Shown piece after piece: positions 1 through 9,766 of a DNA stretch of 60,706 nt (positions are counted from its first letter, which is position 1; each line of letters begins with the position of its first letter). The notes beneath the pieces are model-generated. The model saw only the letters and a list, made by a program, of their open reading frames with translations, was not told the origin of the DNA and ran no database searches. A program made the position numbers and the translations under genes. Origin of the DNA: Cyanophyceae cyanobacterium (GTDB lineage Bacteria; Cyanobacteriota; Cyanobacteriia; Cyanobacteriales; Laspinemataceae); contig JBBQFN010000032.1 of assembly GCA_038321985.1 (NCBI GenBank), forward strand, positions 1 through 60,706, written 5' to 3'.

Positions 1-104
1 AGTATTTTGGGGATTTATGAGACTCGTTTTGGTCACTTTTAGAGCTAGAAGCCTTGACTTGTAAGGCTTTCAGTTCCTGGGCTGGGGAGCGAGTACAAAA
101 CTAA
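1..104. mobile_element. Possible end of an IS or repeat element abutting a toxin-like gene
   Basis: Hairpin AAGCCTT-gacttgt-AAGGCTT at 49-69. The downstream reading frame is open only back to TAA 102-104. No transposase is visible in the window. Confidence 0.3.
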
Positions 105-653
105 TTAGAAAAACTTATCACCAAAAAGTCTGAAGAGCCCGAAACCTTTAATGTCAGCCTTTCCGAGCATTTTAAAAGAACCCAGCAAAAACTCATTGAT
201 GCTCGCTATCGGAAAAATCGGGGAGGAAAAAAAATATTTGAAGAAGTTATCCAACAAATCAATAAAAATTTGAATGAAAATCCTCGCCTTGGTCAATTCA
301 GATCTCTGTGGGGTGGCTTTATTCGGGCAGATCCAGAACCTTATCCCAAGGGGAGTAGCCGTGAGGGTTATGAATTATGGAAGTTAAAATTTAAAATGCC
401 TCAGCTTCGTGGTGCGGCAGAACAAGGAAGATTGATATATTTGCTGGATGTAAGACAGCAAGAAGTGATACTGATATGGATTTATACCCACGCTGAATTT
501 GAGAAGCGTCCACCCGAACGCGACCTGAAGCGGTTATTACTAGACTTGATAGAGTCACCGCCGGGGTTACCTCAAAGTAATACAGTAGATAGCGCAGAAG
601 ACAACACAGGAACGGAAGAAGGCAAACCCGAAGAATCTGGCCATGATGAATGA
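105..653 (+). CDS. RelE/ParE-superfamily toxin-like protein; 5' end lacks a canonical start
   Basis: Frame is open 105-653: FNVSLSEHFKRTQQKL...ELWKLKFKMP...GRLIYLLD...VILIWIYTHAE, a RelE-like pattern. The first TTG (270) lies downstream of the RelE-like N-terminal strand and helix. Confidence 0.5.
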   Translation, partial: LEKLITKKSEEPETFNVSLSEHFKRTQQKLIDARYRKNRGGKKIFEEVIQQINKNLNENPRLGQFRSLWGGFIRADPEPYPKGSSREGYELWKLKFKMPQLRGAAEQGRLIYLLDVRQQEVILIWIYTHAEFEKRPPERDLKRLLLDLIESPPGLPQSNTVDSAEDNTGTEEGKPEESGHDE

Positions 654-855
654 GTGCCGCCTTCGCCAGTGGCAACACCCGCCGGGGTTTAGTCCCCCGC
701 CGGATGAGCGGGAAGAGCGAGAATGGTGCAAGATTTCAGGGGCGATCGCCAATGAACCCTACCTGTAAGCGGTGGCTCTTCAATAATGCCTCAGTCCTGC
801 TCAAATAGACGCATATTGTCCTTGAAATGATCATCACTGGCTGATGGATTTCGGA

Positions 856-1848
856 CTACTCGTAAATTTTCCGGTTCTCTGTCTCGCGAGTATCGGGCAG
901 GGACATATCCTCCCAATGTGAGGGATCAAAATATGCCCCTCGCAAATCTGCCTCACTTAAATCGGCTCCCCGCAATTGTGCAACATTAAAATTAGAACCA
1001 CACAAGCTAGCGCCGCGCAAGCTCACATCGGTCAAGTTTGCCTGAAACAAGTTTGATTGCACCAAAAGCGCTCCAGTCAAGTCAGCTTTTTGGAGATTAG
1101 CATGAGATAAATTCGCTTTACTCAGATTTGCCTCACACAGATCGGTTTGAGACAAATTTGCCCCATTCAATGAGGCAGCGTGAAGGTTGGCACGAAACAA
1201 AAATGCGACTCGCATCTGGGCTGAACTGAGGTTGGTGGCGCTTAAATTAGCTAAAGAGAGATTTGCACCGCTGAGTTTCGCCCCACTTAGGTTGACTCCC
1301 TCTAACTGAACACCATTAAGGTCTACACCATTGAGGTAAGATTCGGCGAGATTGACTCCCGTCAGTGATGCTCCGCGCAATAGTGCCCCACTCAATCGCG
1401 CACCGCTGAGATTGGCCCAATTCAGGTTAGCATTCACTAAGTTAGCCGATCGCAAATTAATCCCCCGCAAGTCCGCACCGCAAAAATTAACGCCGCCCAA
1501 ATTGGCTAACCGCAAGTTCACTCCCGAAAGGATTGCCCCACTCAGTCGAGCAGCAGTGAGAATAGACTTGACAAGATACGCGCCTTTTAATGTGGCTTTG
1601 GTTAAATCGGCATGAGTCAGTCTGGCTTCATTTAATTTAGCAAAACTTAGGTCAGCACGATGTAAGAAAGCCAGGTGTAAATTTGCCCCGGTTAATACGG
1701 CCCGAGATAAGTTGGCACCAACAAAATAAGCCCCGGAAAAATCGGCTCTAGCGAGGTTAGCTCTTTCGAGGTTAGCTCCATTTAAATTAACGTCTCTAAA
1801 GTCTCTCTCTCCTGCTGCATATCGATCAAGTAGTTCATTTGTATCCAT
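856..1848 (-). CDS. Pentapeptide repeat protein
   Basis: Continuous A(N/D)Lxx repeats; N-cap MDTNELLDRYAAGERDFR. Confidence 0.95.
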   Translation of the reverse strand: MDTNELLDRYAAGERDFRDVNLNGANLERANLARADFSGAYFVGANLSRAVLTGANLHLAFLHRADLSFAKLNEARLTHADLTKATLKGAYLVKSILTAARLSGAILSGVNLRLANLGGVNFCGADLRGINLRSANLVNANLNWANLSGARLSGALLRGASLTGVNLAESYLNGVDLNGVQLEGVNLSGAKLSGANLSLANLSATNLSSAQMRVAFLFRANLHAASLNGANLSQTDLCEANLSKANLSHANLQKADLTGALLVQSNLFQANLTDVSLRGASLCGSNFNVAQLRGADLSEADLRGAYFDPSHWEDMSLPDTRETENRKIYE

Positions 1849-2322
1849 TCTGTGCTACTCTCCTTATGGTTTAAAAGTACCTAACTCATGACTGGAGTGT
1901 ATTGTGTTCCACTCACGAAATTAATTTTTTAGATCTGTGGGGCTTGCTGTCCCTTTTTTTCAGGGGAAAAAGTAAATTTTCTTTTGACATTAAATATTAA
2001 TTTCTCTATTAAAGCATTGGGAAGAATAAAATACAAGGCAGGGAAGTGATTTATTTTATGCTCTTACCTGGATAAATAGTTGACGAGATAGGTTGTTCAA
2101 TGAGTTATCGGATTTTTGCAACCTATGGGTTGTTAATATCAGGGTGTTGGGTTCCTGGGTAACGGCTAAGATGCGATCGCACCGGATTGTTTGGAGTACG
2201 AGTGGTTTGATTTGGAGTCGCGAACAGAGTATATGTTCCTATATCGACATTCCATCCATCAATTTAAAGTGCGATCGCCTAGCTCGTTAGTTTACAACTG
2301 CTCTATCCTATTCCCAATGGTT

Positions 2323-3327
2323 TTAGGAATGTAACGTGCCATCGGGCATCACCGCGCCGGTGAGATTGGCATCCCGCAAATCGGCACCCAATAGCCCTGC
2401 ATCCCGCAGACTCGCTCCGCGTAGATCCGCACCCCGTAAGCAAGCGCCATCGAGGTCCGCACCCCATAAATAGGCTCCTTGCAGATTTGCATCCGTCAGA
2501 TCTGCACCCGTTAATTTAGCTAAATTGAGGTTAGCATCCCTGAGATCAGCATTCCTCAAATCTGCTTCCATTAAGTCAGTTTTCATCAAATTAGCGCGAG
2601 TGAAATTACCCCCTTTGAGAATACTGCCATGCAGGTTAGCTTGTTTTAAATTGCCCTCTTCAAAATCGGTAAATCGCATTTGAGCGTCGCGTAAATCCGC
2701 ACCCATAAAGTTGGAATTACGCAGTTTGGCCCCGCTCAATTTGGCCTCGTTTAGTTCAAGACCACTCAAATTAATCCCTTCCAGATTTAGGCCGTTTAAA
2801 AATGCCCCGGTTAGTTTAACTCCGTTTAAAAGCGCACCTTTGAGACAAGCGCCGCTCAGTCTTGCCCCGCTGAGGTTGCTCCAATTCAAGTTAGCATTAG
2901 TCAGATTAGCCCCCCGGAAATTAATCCCATTGAGATTGGCTCCGCATAGGTTAACTCCGGCCAAATTAGAGCGATAGAAGCTCACCCATTTAAGAATAGC
3001 TCCACTGAATTTTGCCCCAGTTAAATCGGCATTGGCTAACTCAGCACCCTGAAGATTTGCTTTCGTTAAATCTGCCTCAATTAGTTGACTACCTTTTAAT
3101 TTCACAAAAGTTAAATCGGCGGCGTACAGAAATGCACCCGATAATTGGGCTTCCATCATTGAGGAACGACTCAGATTTGCCCGCGCCAAAGATGCCTCAA
3201 CAAGATTAGCACCGACCAGGTTAACCTGTTGTAGAGTTGCCCCGATCAAATTTGCTAAGTTTAAATTCCACCCTCGAAAATCTCGCTCACCTGCGGTGTA
3301 TCGTTTTAGTAATTCATACCCATCCAT
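2323..3327 (-). CDS. Pentapeptide repeat protein (tandem paralog of 856-1848)
   Basis: N-cap ELLKRYTAGERDFR, pentapeptide repeats, C-cap GAVMPDGTLHS. Confidence 0.95.
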   Translation of the reverse strand: MDGYELLKRYTAGERDFRGWNLNLANLIGATLQQVNLVGANLVEASLARANLSRSSMMEAQLSGAFLYAADLTFVKLKGSQLIEADLTKANLQGAELANADLTGAKFSGAILKWVSFYRSNLAGVNLCGANLNGINFRGANLTNANLNWSNLSGARLSGACLKGALLNGVKLTGAFLNGLNLEGINLSGLELNEAKLSGAKLRNSNFMGADLRDAQMRFTDFEEGNLKQANLHGSILKGGNFTRANLMKTDLMEADLRNADLRDANLNLAKLTGADLTDANLQGAYLWGADLDGACLRGADLRGASLRDAGLLGADLRDANLTGAVMPDGTLHS

Positions 3328-4243
3328 ATTACGACCATCCCGGTATTTAGTCCTAGATATCTATTAATTAGAATGCCCGGGTGATGAGCAATATCATAGA
3401 ATCCGAAACAATTCGTAAAATAATAGTTTTTTTTTAGGTTTAGGGCGTCCGCTATTTACAATAAAGAATCGATGATTAATACATTCTTTAGTGCCAATCA
3501 GAAGAAGGCCCCTAAATTTATTCGGGGCTGCCACTCAGGGTAAAACCGGACCCGTAATAAGGAGGGGAGAAATCCATCGTTTCTAGGTGCGCAAGTTCTG
3601 GTGGCAGGGAGATTTCCCTCGATGAAGGTTAAATCCTGTCCCAGTTGTAGTCCCAAATGGCCGAAGTTGACGATCGCACCGGGTGGGGATGTAGAGAATA
3701 TAAATGCAGCGGCTGTCCTTACCACCATTGCCAGCAGCAGCGCCCACGGCTGGCGATCGGATATCCCTGTTTTCATGCCCGATCTATTCCTGATTAACTG
3801 ATAATGCCAACTTTGCTAAAAAGAGGGTTTTAATCCAGGTCCATACTCTTTGTAACTCTGAATATTTTCTGGTTTTAACCGATGAAAGGGGAATTGTCCA
3901 TAGGGGCCAGCAAAAAGCGCTAGATTGACTGTATTGGCCCTATATATAGAATATTTAAATAAATAGTGAGGAGAGGGAGCGTCCTCCTCCTGTAAGGGAG
4001 AAAGATGCTCCCTCTCCTTTCAGAAATTGTAATTTATTTAAGTTTGCGATCGCCGGTTTCACTGCTCACTTAAACGTCCTGGCAAAAACAATAGTGCGAT
4101 CGCCAACTAATGCGATCGCACCGCTTAAAAATTGTAGGAATTCGACATGAGGATATCTCAGGGATTTTCATCGGCGATCGTCTTAAATCCCTTAACCGCT
4201 CAGTTATCCCGTCAAGCCGACCCGTCCTCGCCGAATGGGAAAC

Positions 4244-4858
4244 TTAAACGTCATACACCCGGGCTTCATCTGCCTCTGGGTTTTCCTGGCAGTATTCCTC
4301 AAACGCGCTCTTGGTCGGTTTCGTAGCACGTTGATGAGACGCCTCTGCTTGCAGTTCCTCCACAGCATCCCAAGCTGCTGCACATTCTTTAGAAGTTGGG
4401 CCTTTTTCCTCACAGACGGCCCGTGCTTCCTGAACGGCTTTTTCCAGTTCACTCTCGAACAGTTTAGCTTTCGGTTTCTCTACAAAGTCACTCTTGGTTA
4501 AAATATCGCTGACTGAAATAATTCCTAGCAAGTCACCTTTGATAACGGGAGCACGACGGATGCCGGTATTCGCAAATAACCGAGCCACATATTCTACACC
4601 GAGGTCAGGATTAACGACAATGCAGGGTTTGGTCATAATTTCATACACCCGCATCTGTTGCGGGTCATGTCCAAATGCCGCGACTTTGTACACAATGTCA
4701 GTTTCGGTTAGAATGCCATAAGCATCTTCATTATGGCGACGGGATACGACTAAAGCACGCAAACCCTTTTCTTTCATAAGTTTGACAGCTTCGGCAACGG
4801 TGGCCGAGCCGCGAATGCTCACCACGTCTTTGGTCATGATATCTTGAGCTTTCATCAT
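4244..4858 (-). CDS. CBS-CP12 fusion protein
   Basis: Two CBS domains followed by CP12 core CEEKGPTSKECAAAWDAVEEL and tail YCQENPEADEARVYDV. Confidence 0.92.
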   Translation of the reverse strand: MMKAQDIMTKDVVSIRGSATVAEAVKLMKEKGLRALVVSRRHNEDAYGILTETDIVYKVAAFGHDPQQMRVYEIMTKPCIVVNPDLGVEYVARLFANTGIRRAPVIKGDLLGIISVSDILTKSDFVEKPKAKLFESELEKAVQEARAVCEEKGPTSKECAAAWDAVEELQAEASHQRATKPTKSAFEEYCQENPEADEARVYDV

Positions 4859-4954
4859 CCTTGCTTCCCCTCGGGGCCAATTATTTTTAGGGTTCTAGAT
4901 CGATCGTATAACAAAAGGGGGCATCCGCAGCGAGGAGGGAGCAAGTCGAGTCGG

Positions 4955-5812
4955 TTATCGGTGTAACCCATCTTGCCAAATTCCAATGTAAACGCGATCG
5001 CCTTCATGAACTCCCGGGGATGTGGGGCTGCTCTCCCGCTCGATCGCGCCTTTGAGTGGACCGAGGGTAAACTGATACTGCCGTACCTGACCCTGCCACA
5101 CTTGTTGAAATCCCAAGGCAATTTCTTCGGTAAGCTGGCAGCCTAACATACTGTTTAAAGTGCCTAGAATAATTTCAGCGTTGACCGTTTGAGCAAAGGA
5201 TGCTTCGGTTTGTCGTAAGAGTAGAGACTGGCGATCAAAGAGGAATCCCAAGCTGACCTGATCGGGAATCAAGTCATAACTAACCGCCTGAGTATTCGGC
5301 CAATATCCCGGTAGCATTTTACTGGGGTACCCAAACATCCGGAAGACTGCTTCTTGATGAATTCCCGGTTGAAATCCCGGAATCCCCAAGCCGATTGGTT
5401 CTTTCCGGCAAGGGGTGTTTTCTGGGTTGAGGGTGGGCTCTTCAAAGGGGTTAGTCTCTCTAATTATCGAGAGTAGGGGAAGCGGACCCGAGATTAGTCC
5501 AACTTGAGGATGAGAGCGGAAGGGAGAAGGCCCTAATACCAGAGAAAGTCCCGTGAGCACAAGACTGATGAGGCTAGCGTGATTCATCAAAATCATCGAT
5601 CGATTCCTGACAAGGGATCCTGCACCCATGATGTGGCAAGATGTGGCACGAAACAGTTGTAAAAGATAGTCCGGGGCAGTTGCCCCAGTTCGGTATCCGT
5701 GCCGAAGGTGGCAAAACCCAAGTAGATGGGTGCTGACAGCGTATCTGGGAAATTCCAGAATTTTGCCGCTAGGGAATATAGACTTGAGGACAGACCCGAT
5801 TGTTCGAGGCAT
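4955..5812 (-). CDS. Hypothetical, probably exported protein; true start likely near MILMNHASL (~5590)
   Basis: Hydrophobic LISLVLTGLSLVLG followed by a globular domain (GYWPNT...SLGFLFD...LRQTEASF...VYIGIW). Confidence 0.65.
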   Translation of the reverse strand: MPRTIGSVLKSIFPSGKILEFPRYAVSTHLLGFCHLRHGYRTGATAPDYLLQLFRATSCHIMGAGSLVRNRSMILMNHASLISLVLTGLSLVLGPSPFRSHPQVGLISGPLPLLSIIRETNPFEEPTLNPENTPCRKEPIGLGIPGFQPGIHQEAVFRMFGYPSKMLPGYWPNTQAVSYDLIPDQVSLGFLFDRQSLLLRQTEASFAQTVNAEIILGTLNSMLGCQLTEEIALGFQQVWQGQVRQYQFTLGPLKGAIERESSPTSPGVHEGDRVYIGIWQDGLHR

Positions 5813-6014
5813 GATGGCAACCAGTGGAGGGTTGACAAATGTTCCTTTGTGTTCTTAGGGAAAAGAGATAGCAAAGCAGGCAAGGGCAGGGGAAGAAGAA
5901 TAAACCCCAGAAAATGGCCGGTTTATCCTAGGTCCTAGGAGCTAAATTCCCGGTAAATTCCGAACCGCATCAAGTGCCGCAGGCACAATGCCTGGGCGAC
6001 TCGCGCAACAACTG

Positions 6015-6929
6015 CTACAGATGGGTTAACCCATCTGGCATAATGGCTCCAGTCAGGTTGGCATCCCGGAGATTGGCCCGATACAGATTGGTGTCCATCA
6101 AAATTGCATGGGTAAGGTTGGCTCCAGTGAGGTTGGACCAACCGAGGTTAGCGCGATACAGGCTGGCCCCTTCTAAATTCGTCCCGCGCATCGTAGTCCA
6201 ACTCACGTTTGTTCCGCGTAGTTGGCTTTTAGTTAAGTCCGCTTCGCCTAAATTGGATCCACTCATATTAGCCCGACTCAAGTCAGAATATCGGAGATTG
6301 ACACCGGTTAAATTTGCTCCATTTAAGGTAGCATTCGTCAGATTAACCTTTTCCATAATCGCCTGAATCAGAATGGCGATCGTCAGGTTGGCCCCTTCTA
6401 GATTTGCTCCGGTCAAGTTTGCTTCACTTAAGTTAGCTCTGCTCAGGTTGGCTTGAGTCAAAGTAGCCTGCTTGAGATTTGTCCAGCCCAGTCTCGTCTC
6501 ACTAGCAAGAGCTTCTACCAGCTTGGCTTTCTCTAAATTTGCTCTTTCTACAATAGCTCGGCTGATATTTGCTAAACTCAAGTCTGCTTCACTTAAGTCC
6601 GCTCGACTTAAGTTCGCATTAATCAGGTTAGCTTCTCGCAGGTTGGCTTGATGAAGATTCACCCCCATGAGGTTAGCTTCTCGCAAATTAGCTCCCTTCA
6701 GTTTAGTCCCGCTGAGGTTCGCCTGACGCAGGTCCGCATCGCGAAAGGTGACTTCACTTAAGTCCAACCCGGCTAAGTTAGCACCAATCAAGTTTAGATT
6801 GCGAAAATCTCTTTCTCCAGCTTCATATCGCTCTAGTAGTTCATTTACATCCATGTCCTGTCGCCTCTTTGCTATCGCTCTGTGCAAGTCTAGTGGTGGG
6901 TGGTTCCAATGTATCGTCTTCAATGGCAC
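6015..6929 (-). CDS. Pentapeptide repeat protein; start probably MDVNELL (~6854)
   Basis: N-cap ELLERYEAGERDFR, repeats, C-cap GAIMPDGLTHL. Confidence 0.95.
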   Translation of the reverse strand: MPLKTIHWNHPPLDLHRAIAKRRQDMDVNELLERYEAGERDFRNLNLIGANLAGLDLSEVTFRDADLRQANLSGTKLKGANLREANLMGVNLHQANLREANLINANLSRADLSEADLSLANISRAIVERANLEKAKLVEALASETRLGWTNLKQATLTQANLSRANLSEANLTGANLEGANLTIAILIQAIMEKVNLTNATLNGANLTGVNLRYSDLSRANMSGSNLGEADLTKSQLRGTNVSWTTMRGTNLEGASLYRANLGWSNLTGANLTHAILMDTNLYRANLRDANLTGAIMPDGLTHL

Positions 6930-7160
6930 AAATCACTTCCTCGGGTAATTGAAAGTGGGAAAAGGGAGATTTTGGGGAGGTAGAGGAGATGGGGAGGATT
7001 GGGGAGATAGCCCAGAACCCATGACAAATGGGGTGGAATTCTGAGACAATCTAAAGATAGATCCTAGGGGGAGAAGTGAAAGTTGGGAGGCAAACAGCTA
7101 TAACCAAACCCCACCGTACAGTAGCCCCTGGAGATTTGCTCTCGTTTACCGGAAAAAAGA

Positions 7161-8843
7161 ATGCCTGATAACCTTAGAAGTCAAGCCGTCACCCAAGGAC
7201 ACGCGCGATCGCCCAACCGAGCTATGTTGCGGGCGGTTGGTTTTTCTGACTCCGATTTCATTAAACCGATTGTTGGTGTTGCCAATGGATTCAGTACCAT
7301 TACTCCCTGCAATATGGGGCTGGATATCCTGGCAAAACGGGCGGAAAGTGGAGTCCGTGAGGCCGGAGGAATGCCTCAAATTTTTGGCACGATTACGATT
7401 AGTGATGGGATCTCGATGGGAACTGAGGGGATGAAATATTCCCTGGTATCCCGAGAAGTAATTGCCGACTCGATTGAAACCGTTTGTAATGGTCAGAGTC
7501 TGGATGGGGTCTTGGCAATTGGCGGATGCGATAAAAATATGCCCGGGGCCATGTTGGCGATCGCCCGGATGAATATCCCCGCTATTTTCGTCTATGGTGG
7601 TACCATCAAACCTGGACATTGGGACGGAAAAGACCTCACCGTAGTGAGTGCCTTTGAAGCGGTTGGAGAATACAGCGCCGGTAAAATTGACGAAGAGCAA
7701 CTGCTACAAGTCGAACGCCATGCTTGTCCGGGGGCTGGTTCCTGTGGGGGGATGTACACGGCGAATACCATGTCTTCGGCTTTTGAAGCAATGGGGATGA
7801 GCTTGATGTACTCCTCGACAATGGCAGCAGAAGACGCAGAAAAAGCGGACAGTACGCAAAAATCCGCTCACGTCTTAGTCGAGGCGATTCGTCAGCAACT
7901 TTTGCCGAGTCAGATTCTCACCCGCAAGGCGTTTGAAAATGCTATTTCCGTGATTATGGCGGTGGGGGGTTCCACAAATTCGGTGCTCCATTTACTGGCG
8001 ATCGCCCGGGCAATGGGAGTCCCCCTCACCCTGGATGATTTTGAAACCATTCGCACTAGAGTCCCGGTGCTCTGTGACCTCAAACCCAGTGGTCGCTATG
8101 TAGCAACGGATCTTCACAAAGCGGGCGGTATTCCCCAGGTGATGAAAATGCTCCTGGTCCATGATTTATTGCACGGAGATGCGCTGACGATTACCGGCCA
8201 AACCATTGCCGAATTACTGGTGGATATTCCCGCAGAAGCGCCCACAGGACAGGATGTGATTCGTCCCTGGGATAACCCGATGTATCGTCAGGGTCACTTG
8301 GCGATTCTGAAAGGCAATCTCGCTTCTGAAGGCGCTGTGGCTAAAATTAGCGGCGTGAAAATGCCGATGATTGAAGGTCCCGCCCGAGTATTTGACTCCG
8401 AGGAAGAGTGCCTCAAAGCGGTTTTGGATGGCAAGATTAGCGCCGGTGATGTGGTGGTGGTCCGCTATGAAGGTCCGAAAGGGGGACCCGGGATGCGGGA
8501 AATGTTGGCCCCGACTTCGGCCATTATTGGCGCGGGTTTAGGGGATAAGGTGGGATTAATCACCGATGGTCGTTTCTCCGGAGGGACTTACGGTCTGGTG
8601 GTCGGTCATGTGGCCCCGGAAGCTGCTGTCGGTGGGGCGATCGCCTTGGTAGAGGAAGGAGATACGATTACCATTGATGCGCGCGATCGCAAGTTGCAGT
8701 TGAATGTATCCGATGAGGAATTAGCCCGTCGTCGTGCTAACTGGCAACCGCGTCCCCCCCGTTATACAAAAGGGGTACTTGCGAAATATGCCAAGTTAGT
8801 CTCATCCAGCAGTCTCGGTGCGGTTACAGATTTAGACTTGTAA
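7161..8843 (+). CDS. ilvD: Dihydroxy-acid dehydratase
   Basis: [46 protein letters not shown] and ITDGRFSGG motifs. Confidence 0.97.
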   Translation: MPDNLRSQAVTQGHARSPNRAMLRAVGFSDSDFIKPIVGVANGFSTITPCNMGLDILAKRAESGVREAGGMPQIFGTITISDGISMGTEGMKYSLVSREVIADSIETVCNGQSLDGVLAIGGCDKNMPGAMLAIARMNIPAIFVYGGTIKPGHWDGKDLTVVSAFEAVGEYSAGKIDEEQLLQVERHACPGAGSCGGMYTANTMSSAFEAMGMSLMYSSTMAAEDAEKADSTQKSAHVLVEAIRQQLLPSQILTRKAFENAISVIMAVGGSTNSVLHLLAIARAMGVPLTLDDFETIRTRVPVLCDLKPSGRYVATDLHKAGGIPQVMKMLLVHDLLHGDALTITGQTIAELLVDIPAEAPTGQDVIRPWDNPMYRQGHLAILKGNLASEGAVAKISGVKMPMIEGPARVFDSEEECLKAVLDGKISAGDVVVVRYEGPKGGPGMREMLAPTSAIIGAGLGDKVGLITDGRFSGGTYGLVVGHVAPEAAVGGAIALVEEGDTITIDARDRKLQLNVSDEELARRRANWQPRPPRYTKGVLAKYAKLVSSSSLGAVTDLDL

Positions 8844-8858
8844 TTAGCACATAATATC

Positions 8859-8887
8859 AGAGGGATAAGGCAATGCCTTGTCCCTCT
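8859..8887. repeat. REP-like palindrome AGGGAyAAGGCAATGCCTTGTCCCT (family A)
   Basis: Inverted repeat; related copies at 9719-9742 and 57989-58015. Confidence 0.7.
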
Positions 8888-8896
8888 TGATTTGGC

Positions 8897-9589
8897 TCAC
8901 TCATCGAGATTAATACCTTGTTCTCGCAAGAGTTGGGCGAGGCGATCGGCCCGCTGCCGTTCCCGGTAGGCCATTTCCTCCAGGGTTGGATATCGGTTCC
9001 CCTCAGCATCATACCAGTATAACCACTCGCGCTGCCAATTTTCAACCGTCCCAATCCCACGCCCAATCGCTAATCCGATTTCTGGCATCCAGACGGGTTC
9101 CCCGGGTAGACGGATATAGTCTCCATTGACTAACTGATAAACCTCTAACACTTCGTGGCGATCGCGTCGGTTAAAATGGGGGTTATAAATCGCATAGTAG
9201 CTTACTCCCATTTTTGCATAAATTTTCATTTTCTCATCGTACTCTGCCCCATAAGTGTGGGAAACACATTCCAACACAAAAAGGGGCGGAATGTTATTTT
9301 CTAACCAGACAATATAACTTTTGCGTCCCTCGGAGTCACGCCGATTCGGTACTCCCAAACTCAGAAACCCATCGGGGACGATCGCCACCCGGGGATTCTC
9401 TCCCGTAGCATGGTAAACCCCCATATTGAACCCAAAAAACCAATCTTGGCGACTAGACCAAAGATAGCTTAAAATGGCTCGGAGTAAGCCTGGAACTAAA
9501 GTTTGCAGTTCGTTATCCACAGGCGTATCGTCAGAGGAGGGCAGTTCATCGGCATCGGGTAAATTTTGCAGGAAATTGTAATTTACCAT
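8897..9589 (-). CDS. Uma2 (DUF820) family endonuclease-like protein
   Basis: ELPSSDDTPVDNELQ, IVPDGFLSLGV, PLFVLECVS, YDEKMKIYAKMGVSYY, and C-terminal ADRLAQLLREQGI. Confidence 0.92.
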   Translation of the reverse strand: MVNYNFLQNLPDADELPSSDDTPVDNELQTLVPGLLRAILSYLWSSRQDWFFGFNMGVYHATGENPRVAIVPDGFLSLGVPNRRDSEGRKSYIVWLENNIPPLFVLECVSHTYGAEYDEKMKIYAKMGVSYYAIYNPHFNRRDRHEVLEVYQLVNGDYIRLPGEPVWMPEIGLAIGRGIGTVENWQREWLYWYDAEGNRYPTLEEMAYRERQRADRLAQLLREQGINLDE

Positions 9590-9718
9590 AATTTGGGGAT
9601 TGGATAAAGTTGTGGCTCTATTTTAGCCGATTGATTCCGCTTCCTGGGGTGCAATGCTCTTTTTTATCATCCTCCATCTTGTGATTAGCGCATTCAGTGA
9701 ATTGGTACAAATAAAAAA

Positions 9719-9742
9719 AGGACAAGGCAATGCCCTGTCCCT
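9719..9742. repeat. REP-like palindrome (family A)
   Basis: AGGACAAGGCAATGCCCTGTCCCT. Confidence 0.65.
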
Positions 9743-9766
9743 CCCGTAAAAATTGGACCAGATTAT

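Noticed and set aside
3498..3801. Small ORFs on both strands, one with CPSC
   Set aside because: No family resemblance or clear RBS.
1352..6366. Plus-strand ORFs antisense to the pentapeptide genes
   Set aside because: Shadow frames produced by repetitive codons.
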